Made by a program: the position numbers and the translations under genes. This document shows, piece by piece, positions 18,446 through 26,486 of a stretch of DNA of 64,000 nt (the first letter of the stretch is position 1; each line of letters begins with the position of its first letter). This DNA is from a virus, in IMG/VR virus record IMGVR_UViG_3300005918_000012; one strand, written 5' to 3'. Below the pieces are notes generated by a model. That model did not search any database. It had not been told where the DNA came from and saw only the letters and a program-made list of their open reading frames with translations.

Positions 18446-19858
18446 ATGAGTGCATCAGGATGGGGTCCATCTCCAGGGGATCAGCCGTTACCACCTCAAA
18501 ATGGTTCAGTGCAAACCCCCTATATTGCAGGTGTTCTTGACCTGAATTGGGATAACCCATCTCTGTTAGCTAAGAATGCTGCTTATACGGTAGTTGGGGT
18601 CAACGTCTATAGATCAGATGTCTCGGACCGCGGCCCTTTCTACCGGATTAATGAATTCCCCATCGGTGGGACGTTCTATCGAGATTGGACTCAAAATGTT
18701 CAGATTACGGAAGCAGTAACTTGGGCAGATTGGACGTACAAAGGTGACGGTCCAAATACTCGAAAGTATAGTTTCTCCACTAAACAACGCCCAATAGTCA
18801 AACAGATACCCGAACCCCCCTATGACCGACCCACTCCTGCTAATGCCGTCACAGAGGTAACTGTGACCATTGATGGTGTGGAAGTGACTCCTAACTCAAT
18901 ATTCGGCCCCACAGGGGAGATAGTCCTCATTAACCAAGGGTACTTTGATGTAGTCACAGAGAAAAATGTGGCTGCCGTCCTACCTACTGAGAATTCAGTG
19001 GTAGAAGTATCCTACTGGGTCAATCGAAACCATATCCGTTCCAGCTTGGATACCAGTTTATTTTACCGGTTAACTACTGTAGTCACAGATTCTGAAACCC
19101 CGAGTGGTTATAAAGAAACAGATTTAGAATGGTGTAAACCTATTCTATCGTCAGCAGTCGAGGATATGGATTACATTTGGAGAGAGGCTGTACGACGAAA
19201 TGCTTGGATTCTCCAACAAGGTGGAGAACGAGTTAAGGTTTTCATTCGACGAACTACAGGGGTCACTTGTGATTGTGGTTTAAACCCCAGAACAAAAGAG
19301 TATCTTGGACAACACTCTCAACGATGTGATGTTTGTTATGGTACTGGTTTTGTTGGTGGGTATGAAGGTCCTTATGAGGTCATCATTGCCCCAGACGACT
19401 TTGAACGCCGGATCAGTCAAGGTATGACAGGACGACGGAAAGAACATAGCGGAGAAGTCTTTATGGGACCAAGTCCTGTAGTGACTCAACGTGATTTTGT
19501 GGTGAAGCAGACTAATGAACGATATTCTATTGGTCCTGCCCGACGGCCAACAAACCGTGGGAATATGCTTCAACAGCATTTCAATATTGCTTACCTGGAC
19601 GAACAGGATATCAGGTATCAAGTGCCTCTTGATGGTACTTCTGAATTCGTCAGACCTGAGACTCGATATGGCTTCCGACAGTATCCTTCGATGCCTGTAG
19701 ATGGGGAACTAAACTTCCCAGAATCCACAGCTCCTGACCAAGCAGCTTATCCTGAGGGTCCTGATTCTCAGACTCCTATGCAGACAGATAAAGAACCGTG
19801 GGCAGAGGGAACTCAGCAGAGAGGGCGTACTCCGGTTTGGGAATCACAAAATGAGTGA
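18446..19858 (+). CDS. Putative neck/head-closure protein with FN3/Ig-like domains and a Zn-binding motif
   Basis: FN3-like 'LDLNWDNP...VVGVNVYRS'. The motif 'GERVKVFIRR...CDC...RCDVCYGTGFVGGY' is typical of large-myovirus neck proteins. Confidence 0.6.
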   Translation: MSASGWGPSPGDQPLPPQNGSVQTPYIAGVLDLNWDNPSLLAKNAAYTVVGVNVYRSDVSDRGPFYRINEFPIGGTFYRDWTQNVQITEAVTWADWTYKGDGPNTRKYSFSTKQRPIVKQIPEPPYDRPTPANAVTEVTVTIDGVEVTPNSIFGPTGEIVLINQGYFDVVTEKNVAAVLPTENSVVEVSYWVNRNHIRSSLDTSLFYRLTTVVTDSETPSGYKETDLEWCKPILSSAVEDMDYIWREAVRRNAWILQQGGERVKVFIRRTTGVTCDCGLNPRTKEYLGQHSQRCDVCYGTGFVGGYEGPYEVIIAPDDFERRISQGMTGRRKEHSGEVFMGPSPVVTQRDFVVKQTNERYSIGPARRPTNRGNMLQQHFNIAYLDEQDIRYQVPLDGTSEFVRPETRYGFRQYPSMPVDGELNFPESTAPDQAAYPEGPDSQTPMQTDKEPWAEGTQQRGRTPVWESQNE

Positions 19859-19891
19859 TTCATTTAATGATTTCAAATACTTAGGTGAGTC

Positions 19892-20518
19892 ATGCCACGT
19901 ATAGACTACAATCGAATCAGGGCTACCTACGGGAAAACATGGGCTAAGACGGGTAAGGTCGAGATAGATGATTCTCTTCTTGATTTGATTGGGGATATAT
20001 TAGTAGATACCGTTAGGATTGAAGCTAAGAATGAATTTGTGAAACGTGGTTGGAAGATGGAAGACCCTCAAGGTGGTCCACCTATCGGGGATTCTTTCAA
20101 GTATGAGATTCTCGGTGATCGAACTGTTGTACTCAATTCAAGTTTTTATGGTTTAGCTCAGTTAACCTCTAAAGAGGGTATCCCTGAGCGGAGAATGACT
20201 TGGTTGACTCAGCAAGGGCAACAGAGGAATGTTAAGTCGAAGGAGCAACGGGCTCGGGAATCTCGAATGGGGAAAAAGTTCAAGACTTCTTCCTCAAAGT
20301 CTCCTTTAGTTGTTCCTTTAACAACAAAGACAGGTGAAGTTATTTTTAGAATGGCTCCTTTGAAGATGGCCGATGCTTGGATTCATCCGGGTATTGCCCG
20401 GTTTAATTTCTTTGAGAGGGCTTTAAAAAAAGCACGGGTGAAAGTGGATACCCTTGTGACTGAATATTGTGGTAATGTCATCAGTGCTGGGATAGCCGAG
20501 GCGTTTAATAATGGTTGA
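19892..20518 (+). CDS. Putative neck/tail-completion protein (HK97 gp10/Ne1-like)
   Basis: Basic protein with the C-terminal 'WIHPGIARFNFFERAL' motif, located after the head-closure gene. Confidence 0.6.
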   Translation: MPRIDYNRIRATYGKTWAKTGKVEIDDSLLDLIGDILVDTVRIEAKNEFVKRGWKMEDPQGGPPIGDSFKYEILGDRTVVLNSSFYGLAQLTSKEGIPERRMTWLTQQGQQRNVKSKEQRARESRMGKKFKTSSSKSPLVVPLTTKTGEVIFRMAPLKMADAWIHPGIARFNFFERALKKARVKVDTLVTEYCGNVISAGIAEAFNNG

Positions 20519-21116
20519 AGCTCAAATAATATGTACATGCCCTTCGATCTGGATAGCAGATTTGAAGTTGGATATGAAAAAAGGTCAGTCAGCAACTGTC
20601 CCAGAGGTTCAGGCTCGTGCTTCAAAGGATCTGGAATTAGCTAATAAAAACGGTGGTGTCAGTGTCACATATATTGAACGATATAAAGAACTTCGACCAC
20701 CCCCACAGGAGAGGCAGCCTATAGTTGTGAAACCTATCCCGAAGATTATTCAGCCCCCTAAAGTGGAGAAGATTAAGTTGGATGAGGATGCACTGGCTAA
20801 ACGTCTGGCAGAGAAAATGGGTTCTTTACGAGATTCTAAAACGAATGACCTGATTGAGAAATTGATTGGGGAAGTTATATCAATGAAGAAGGAAATGAAT
20901 GACAGACCTCAAGTTGTGAGAGAAGTTGTGAGAGAGGTTGGCCATTCTAAGGGTAAGATAAAGAATGATGTTCCAATGTTCATTCCTAAAACTATTATGG
21001 ATGAAGCAGCAAGAGATGTTGATCTGAAAATTAAAGAAACAGTATCCGAAGGTAATGTTGATGAAGCTGCCGAAGTTCTACGTGCTTTACGGAAAAAGAA
21101 AAAGGAAAAGGTTTAA
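20511..21116 (+). CDS. Hypothetical protein (small N-terminal domain, Pro linker, coiled coil, basic C-terminal helix)
   Basis: GAGG SD. Overlaps the upstream gene. Confidence 0.7.
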   Translation: MVEAQIICTCPSIWIADLKLDMKKGQSATVPEVQARASKDLELANKNGGVSVTYIERYKELRPPPQERQPIVVKPIPKIIQPPKVEKIKLDEDALAKRLAEKMGSLRDSKTNDLIEKLIGEVISMKKEMNDRPQVVREVVREVGHSKGKIKNDVPMFIPKTIMDEAARDVDLKIKETVSEGNVDEAAEVLRALRKKKKEKV

Positions 21117-21118
21117 AA

Positions 21119-21466
21119 ATGAATATAAATGTGGAAATAGATGCTACAAAATTAAACTGGAAACACCCTGACCCAGATACTTGTGTAACAGAAATAGGTT
21201 ATTACACTTTGATAATAAATACAGGTGACAAACCACAAGCACAGGCACGAAAAGACCCTGAAGGTTCTGTAGTATTTATAAGTTTGAAAAAACCCTCTAA
21301 ATATTCAAACTATTCAGAAGAAGAACTTAAAAGTCTTTTAGTAGGGGAGTTTTTCGGTTGGTTGGAGTCTAGGTATTCTGATGAACATTTGGAATTTTTA
21401 AAAGTTCAGTGGAAACAAGAGCATTCCGATTGTATTACCGAGGTTTTGAGATTAACAAACACATGA
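21119..21466 (+). CDS. Hypothetical AT-rich accessory protein
   Basis: ORF with lower GC than its neighbours. Confidence 0.6.
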   Translation: MNINVEIDATKLNWKHPDPDTCVTEIGYYTLIINTGDKPQAQARKDPEGSVVFISLKKPSKYSNYSEEELKSLLVGEFFGWLESRYSDEHLEFLKVQWKQEHSDCITEVLRLTNT

Positions 21467-21500
21467 AAATGTGTTTGAATAGGTTAAAGGAGAATAAATC

Positions 21501-22544
21501 ATGACCGATGAAACGAAACCAGAAGAAGCAAAACCAGCAGTTAAACCCGTCCCAGTTCCTCTAGGCATCGGGCTCGATATCGGAACTATGAATATTGTTG
21601 CTGCCCGTCGTGGGGGGAATGGCATTCAATCCAAACGGATGCGGGATGTATTCATCAGTTTACCTCTGACAGCCAAGAAGATGTTGAAATTGTCTGATAC
21701 CAGCTTTGTTGAGCGGGAAGATGACGTTTTGATTCTAGGAGACGCAGCTCTGGAAATGGCTAATGTTTTTGGCTCTCAACCTCGACGACCACTTTCAGAA
21801 GGAATCATTTCAGCTAGTGAAGTGGATAGTCTGGAGATTCTCGGATTACTTATCAAGAATGTTCTGGGAGAACCCCGAACAGAAAAAGAGCATTGTTACT
21901 TTTCTGTTCCGGCAGTTCCAGTTGATTCTGATAGAGATGTTATCTATCACCGAGGAGTTTTTGAACGTATTGTTTCAGAGTGTGGTTATACCCCTCATGC
22001 AGCCAATGAGGCTATGGGGATCGTATACTCTGAGACAGCTAAAGAAGGATTCTCTGGGATCGGTATCTCCTTCGGCTCAGGGATGACCAACGTGGCCTTG
22101 TCCATCAATACTATTGAAGGTTTGACGTTCTCTGTGTCACGAGGCGGTGATTGGATTGATATCGGTGCAGCCGGCTCTGTAGGTCAAACACAAGCTCGGA
22201 TATGTGCCTTGAAAGAAAAGGGTTTTGATTTAACTAAACCTATGGGTCGGGAACAAGAAGCTTTGGCATTCTATTATAAATCGGCCATTGATTATGCTTT
22301 GGATAAGATTGAAGAACGGTTCAAGTCTATTCAGAATCAATTCTCTCTGTCTAAGCCTATTCCTATTGTGATTTCTGGTGGTACAAGTAAAGCTGGTGGC
22401 TTCATGGATTTCTTTACCGAAGTTTTTGAGAAACGTCGGAAGAAGTTCCCTATTGAAGTTTCTGAGTTACGACATGCCAAAGAACCCCTAAATGCTGTAG
22501 CTTACGGGCTGCTGATTCAAGCTATCCAAGAACACGAGGATTAA
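21501..22544 (+). CDS. Actin-like (MreB/MamK/ParM superfamily) ATPase
   Basis: Phosphate-1 'GIGLDIGTMN', connect-1 'NEAMGIV', phosphate-2 'GISFGSGMTN', 'GGDWID', adenosine 'VISGGTS', connect-2 'PLNAVAYG'. Confidence 0.9.
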   Translation: MTDETKPEEAKPAVKPVPVPLGIGLDIGTMNIVAARRGGNGIQSKRMRDVFISLPLTAKKMLKLSDTSFVEREDDVLILGDAALEMANVFGSQPRRPLSEGIISASEVDSLEILGLLIKNVLGEPRTEKEHCYFSVPAVPVDSDRDVIYHRGVFERIVSECGYTPHAANEAMGIVYSETAKEGFSGIGISFGSGMTNVALSINTIEGLTFSVSRGGDWIDIGAAGSVGQTQARICALKEKGFDLTKPMGREQEALAFYYKSAIDYALDKIEERFKSIQNQFSLSKPIPIVISGGTSKAGGFMDFFTEVFEKRRKKFPIEVSELRHAKEPLNAVAYGLLIQAIQEHED

Positions 22545-22545
22545 G

Positions 22546-22878
22546 ATGGAAGACTTAAAGTTGTGTGGTGCTCTACAAAAGATAGCAGACGAGAACCCTG
22601 AAACTAGGAAACATCTGATTCCTATTATCAAACAAGCTGCAAAGAAAACTATGAAGGTAACGGAACTCCCCCCGAAGGAACGAAAGATTGCCGAAAAGAA
22701 AATGGCCAAAGGTTATAAATACATATGTCAGTTTACTACGATTGACGGTGATTTAGATCCGATGTATTTCAAATCTCCAAATGAGATTGGACCTTTTAGG
22801 CGTCAGTATCAGAAGGACCACGGCACAACAAAAATAAAGTGGACTTTCAGATTAGAACCTGCAAAAGGTAAGAAATAA
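22546..22878 (+). CDS. KLAN-module protein (divergent module at N-terminus)
   Basis: LQKIADENPETRKHLIPIIKQAA. GAGG SD. Confidence 0.75.
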   Translation: MEDLKLCGALQKIADENPETRKHLIPIIKQAAKKTMKVTELPPKERKIAEKKMAKGYKYICQFTTIDGDLDPMYFKSPNEIGPFRRQYQKDHGTTKIKWTFRLEPAKGKK

Positions 22879-22879
22879 G

Positions 22880-23062
22880 ATGACTGATATGGATGCACAA
22901 GCAGCTTTAGAGTATTTATCTACACCTAAAGGGCAAGCTGAATTAAAAGCTGCTTTTGAACGAGGTCGGGAAGAAGCTGACCGTATCAAGGAAGCTGTAA
23001 AGATGGGTCTTGATAGTTTAAGAGTCCCTTTTGGACCCAAACATGGGTGGGGTTTACGATGA
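22880..23062 (+). CDS. Small hypothetical helical protein
   Basis: 60 aa, tightly packed, ATGA overlap with the next gene. Confidence 0.6.
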   Translation: MTDMDAQAALEYLSTPKGQAELKAAFERGREEADRIKEAVKMGLDSLRVPFGPKHGWGLR

Positions 23063-23424
23063 AGTCATCTAATGAAAACGGGTATCCTGTTATAACACCT
23101 GTACCCACAGTCAAGGATCATTTCGAACACCTAGCTAGTGTATTTACAGATATAGAAAAGACTGATGTTAAGGTAACGAATGTTGTGATGACACCAGGGT
23201 TCTGGGTAAGTCTGAAAAAAGCCAAACATTACAAGGACTCTTGTGATTTGGGTAGTAGTGGTGGAGGTCACATTGGATATGTCTGGGGTTCTAAGATATG
23301 GCTTTCTGAGGTGGTTGCTGGTGGTGAAGTTGTTGCTTATGGAGAAGATGATCCGAACTTCTTAAAAGATTGGCCTGCCTTTGCTAATTGGGGTTTTAAC
23401 TGGGGTTCTAATTTAAAGGATTAA
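23059..23424 (+). CDS. Stand-alone MCP A-domain-like protein 1
   Basis: LASVFTDIEKTDVKVTNVVMTP..W..LKK...GHIGYVWGSKIWLS aligns with MCP LADAFSLVERHDLRVARIYMNA..Y..LRK...GLMATLWGAQIVTS. Confidence 0.7.
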   Translation: MKSSNENGYPVITPVPTVKDHFEHLASVFTDIEKTDVKVTNVVMTPGFWVSLKKAKHYKDSCDLGSSGGGHIGYVWGSKIWLSEVVAGGEVVAYGEDDPNFLKDWPAFANWGFNWGSNLKD

Positions 23425-23427
23425 ATA

Positions 23428-23883
23428 ATGAGTGGAGCTCTCACAAATAGTCATCCTTTTGTAGAGGAAGAACAACGGATTGAGGATATCCCGTCTTTCG
23501 GGATACCTACACAAGAATCTTTTTATGAACTGCCCGAAGGTGTTGTAGCTACTTGTGTTTTATTGAGTTTTGAAGATCCTTTTGAGGTTTTAGCTAAGTT
23601 GTTTGATTTTATAGAGAAAACAGGCCAGTCAGTAAAGCATGTGGTAATAAATCATCAAACTTGGATAAGTATGTTGAAGGCTCAACAAAGTATACGAAAT
23701 ATAATGAGTTTAGTTAATATAGGACTTAGCGGTTATGTGGGGTGTTTGTGGAGTGTTCATGTCTGGGTTTCCCCAAGTGTCTCTAAAGATAAGTGTCACG
23801 GGTATAGTGAGTATGCTACTGAGGAATTTAAGGGTGCATACCCACAGTGTATTGAATACTTTAATAAAAACTTGAAAGATTAG
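23428..23883 (+). CDS. Stand-alone MCP A-domain-like protein 2
   Basis: LAKLFDFIEKTGQSVKHVVINHQTW..MLK...GYVGCLWSVHVWVS. Ends in NLKD like copy 1. Confidence 0.65.
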   Translation: MSGALTNSHPFVEEEQRIEDIPSFGIPTQESFYELPEGVVATCVLLSFEDPFEVLAKLFDFIEKTGQSVKHVVINHQTWISMLKAQQSIRNIMSLVNIGLSGYVGCLWSVHVWVSPSVSKDKCHGYSEYATEEFKGAYPQCIEYFNKNLKD

Positions 23884-23886
23884 ATT

Positions 23887-24156
23887 ATGTCACAAGATCA
23901 AAGAGAAGCTGCACGGATTAAGAAAGTTACAGTTACCATCCAGCAGGACTGGGAAGCTGTTGACCCGGACAATTCTGAAGATGTAGCTCTGGCTACCAAA
24001 CTCAGTGAAGATATTGTGTGGAACCTGAACCCGAAGCAAATGAACATCAGCCAGAAACGGGATGTGAATCCTGTCAGAGTTGCTGGGTCAGAAAAAATCG
24101 TGGAAATGGATGTTGGTCCCACTACTGCTACCATTTCAGGTGAACTGCTCGACTGA
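23887..24156 (+). CDS. Small protein resembling a fragment of the tail tube protein
   Basis: QMNISQKRDVNPVRVAG-SEKIVE vs tube QFNPSQSRTVEPVRGIGFGDKVSE. Confidence 0.65.
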   Translation: MSQDQREAARIKKVTVTIQQDWEAVDPDNSEDVALATKLSEDIVWNLNPKQMNISQKRDVNPVRVAGSEKIVEMDVGPTTATISGELLD

Positions 24157-24174
24157 AAATCAAAGGATTAGATT

Positions 24175-24582
24175 ATGGAATTTAAAAGTTTAGAAGAAAT
24201 CAAAAAAGTCATTCCTGTCCCCACAAAAGAAGATGTTATAAGTAAATTGGTCGAAACGGAACACGACCTGCTGGCAGGGAAGAAGTTTGCAAGTCAAGTA
24301 GCTGATCTTTTTTCTGAGGTGGAAAAAAAGAATGGTGATAGAGTTGCAAATGTGGTTTTTAATGCCCTTACTTTTCAGGATTTTCGTAAAGCTGATCCTT
24401 ACTTAATGGATATTGAATCTCAAGCAACGAGATTAAAAAATGGTTTGGTTGGGACATTGTGGGGAGCAAACGTCTGGGTTGCTGGAAAAGATAACCCTAA
24501 AGCATATGAAGAAAATGGTTCTGATTTTGCTAAGGATTATCCTGCCTTTAATCAGTTCCAGCAACAAATAGGTTTAAAATAA
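24175..24582 (+). CDS. Stand-alone MCP A-domain-like protein 3 (closest to MCP)
   Basis: ADLFSEVE...RVANVVFNA...DFRK...MDIESQATRLKNGLVGTLWGA vs MCP ADAFSLVE...RVARIYMNA...DLRK...LDIESQATLLKTGLMATLWGA. Confidence 0.9.
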   Translation: MEFKSLEEIKKVIPVPTKEDVISKLVETEHDLLAGKKFASQVADLFSEVEKKNGDRVANVVFNALTFQDFRKADPYLMDIESQATRLKNGLVGTLWGANVWVAGKDNPKAYEENGSDFAKDYPAFNQFQQQIGLK

Positions 24583-24618
24583 TTCCCCTATGATAACAAC
24601 CTCTATAGGAGGTGTGTC

Positions 24619-25818
24619 ATCTATTTTAGATTAACAGAAGCATTAAAAAGCCGGTTCATCATGGAGCTGAGGAATTATTGGCAATACCATCCTCTGTATC
24701 CTGATCTTCCAGATCATATCATAGGGAAATATTCTTTCCGAGAACGCCCTTCCACGGGCATCATTGTGAAAGTTGGTGGGGGTAGTCATGTCATGTTATC
24801 TGCTGACAACTACATCGGAATAATAGAGAGTTACGTTCATCTGGCTCGATACAAGAATAAGCCTGGAATGGCTATTGAATGGGTACGTGAAGATTCTGTA
24901 GCTATTCAGAACAATAATGGGTATTTCCCATCCCGGGCTGGTGTCTATTATATAGAGCTGACTGAAGATAAAGAGTTTTACGTGGATGCTCTATTGAATG
25001 TCTACAATGAGATTATGACCTCAGTGGATACTTTCACATATTCGATGTCTGCCGTCCCTTTGACTGGGACAATTCGAGTTTTTGAGATGCCTGCTCGGTA
25101 TCAACTTATTGAAGGTGAGAACTATTCAGTTGATGTGGACGGGCAAGGAAATCCGACAGGTGAAATTACTCTGACACAAGCTCTGACAGGTGGGAGATAT
25201 TTGGTTTCAGATTACAAATACCCAACTGGTTCTCAGGGTCCTTATACTATAGATCCAGGCTTTGCAAACAACACAGCTATCCCCGGAGTCGTTCTGGCTT
25301 TTGGCAGAAGAAATAAAAAAGGTGATGTTCAAGCAGTGGTTGTTGAAGAAATCCGACGACCCGCTTCCTTGGCCTACGGAGGTAAATGGGAGCTCTCTAT
25401 GGAGTTCGATGTGACGGCCAGAGATGTGTTTGCTCAACAGGAGATTGCTGATCAAACGGTTATCTATTTGTGGGGTATTCTTAGACCCCAATTATCCTCT
25501 GAAGGTATTGAAATGTCTGAGATTTCTCTTGGTGGGGAGTCTGAGGAAGTCTATGATGAGAATGGGGATGATTATTTCTATAATTCTTCGTTTTCTTTGA
25601 CTGTCACAACTGATTGGGAGATCAATATTCCATTGAGTGCTTTCCTCCGTCAAGTGACCCCATCTACCCGAGTTTACTCTCAATATATTGCCTCGTTGAC
25701 AGAAGATCAGTTGAGATCTGCCGGGACAGGAGTTCGTCAGGCAGAGGATATGGGATTGGAATTAATGAGAGACCCATTCTTTGTGGGTCGGATAGCTACT
25801 TTTGAAGTTATTCGTTAA
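24619..25818 (+). CDS. Putative tail terminator/neck protein with an inserted Ig-like domain; probable ATC start (first ATG at 24661)
   Basis: Position before the sheath gene. C-terminal 'WELSMEFDVTARDVFAQQEIAD...YFYNSSFSLTVTTDW'. GGAGGT SD lies 5 nt before an in-frame ATC. Confidence 0.6.
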   Translation: MYFRLTEALKSRFIMELRNYWQYHPLYPDLPDHIIGKYSFRERPSTGIIVKVGGGSHVMLSADNYIGIIESYVHLARYKNKPGMAIEWVREDSVAIQNNNGYFPSRAGVYYIELTEDKEFYVDALLNVYNEIMTSVDTFTYSMSAVPLTGTIRVFEMPARYQLIEGENYSVDVDGQGNPTGEITLTQALTGGRYLVSDYKYPTGSQGPYTIDPGFANNTAIPGVVLAFGRRNKKGDVQAVVVEEIRRPASLAYGGKWELSMEFDVTARDVFAQQEIADQTVIYLWGILRPQLSSEGIEMSEISLGGESEEVYDENGDDYFYNSSFSLTVTTDWEINIPLSAFLRQVTPSTRVYSQYIASLTEDQLRSAGTGVRQAEDMGLELMRDPFFVGRIATFEVIR

Positions 25819-25858
25819 TTAGTTTATTTTCCCTCTATTCTAAAGAAAGGTTTTAATA

Positions 25859-26308
25859 ATGCCCTTGTACCAATATCAATGTGGTTGCGGACTCAGATTT
25901 GAGAGTCAGGGAAGTATGGATAAACATGCAGACCCGAAAGAATGCCCGGACTGTGGAGAAATGGCTGAACGTCAGATGCCTGAAACGGTAGCTGGGGTTT
26001 TTAGTCAAGAAGTTTCTGGCCCTATTCCTCAGAACACAGGGATTTCAAGTATAGACACTCACATTGATCGAGTCATTGGACAGTCGGCTGAACAAGGCCG
26101 TAAAGCTCATGTGGTTCGTGTGGATACCAAGAAAGAGCTGCTTAGGAACAACCCGGATGCAACTGGATATGACATTACACAAACTCCTGATGGAGAATTC
26201 ACTTTGATGTCTAAAGACCAAAGGAAAGCTCGAGAAGCTGCTTTGGCTGTCAATAATAAGGCTATGAACGCCATAGAACAGGAGAGGGATAAAACCACTC
26301 CAAAATAA
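25859..26308 (+). CDS. FmdB-family zinc-ribbon protein (second copy)
   Basis: MPLYQYQCGCGLRFE...CPDCGEMAERQM. Confidence 0.85.
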   Translation: MPLYQYQCGCGLRFESQGSMDKHADPKECPDCGEMAERQMPETVAGVFSQEVSGPIPQNTGISSIDTHIDRVIGQSAEQGRKAHVVRVDTKKELLRNNPDATGYDITQTPDGEFTLMSKDQRKAREAALAVNNKAMNAIEQERDKTTPK

Positions 26309-26316
26309 TTACTAGG

Positions 26317-26460
26317 CCACAAAGGCCGTGGAAAATACATACCGACCGAAACACCGACCTATCTTTTGAGCTTTAAAACCGCCGTTGGCTGGAGAGACAG
26401 ACGAATGAACCGATAAACGAACGATTCAATTTGAGCTGAAACTCCGCAACGACTTTGTGG
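26317..26460 (+). ncRNA. Candidate structured RNA/cis-element, copy A (leader of the sheath gene)
   Basis: Outer stem ccacaaag..gtgga / tccgc..ctttgtgg, two (NNAY)7 tracts each followed by TTTGAGC, and an inner hairpin with a bulged U. Confidence 0.6.
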
Positions 26461-26486
26461 AAGAAACTAAAACAAGAGGTGTTCAA

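Larger units (their letters stand above)
13389..22639 (+). repeat. Dispersed ~27-aa coding repeat (KLAN module), six copies at about 13389, 14386, 15263, 16352, 16809 and 22567
   Basis: Consensus L(R/Q)xx(I/V/L)xKLAN(D/E/K)NPx(L/M)RKHL(V/I/M)PILK(Q/T)A, also visible at DNA level (e.g. gtacagaagttggccaatga..accctga). Confidence 0.9.
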
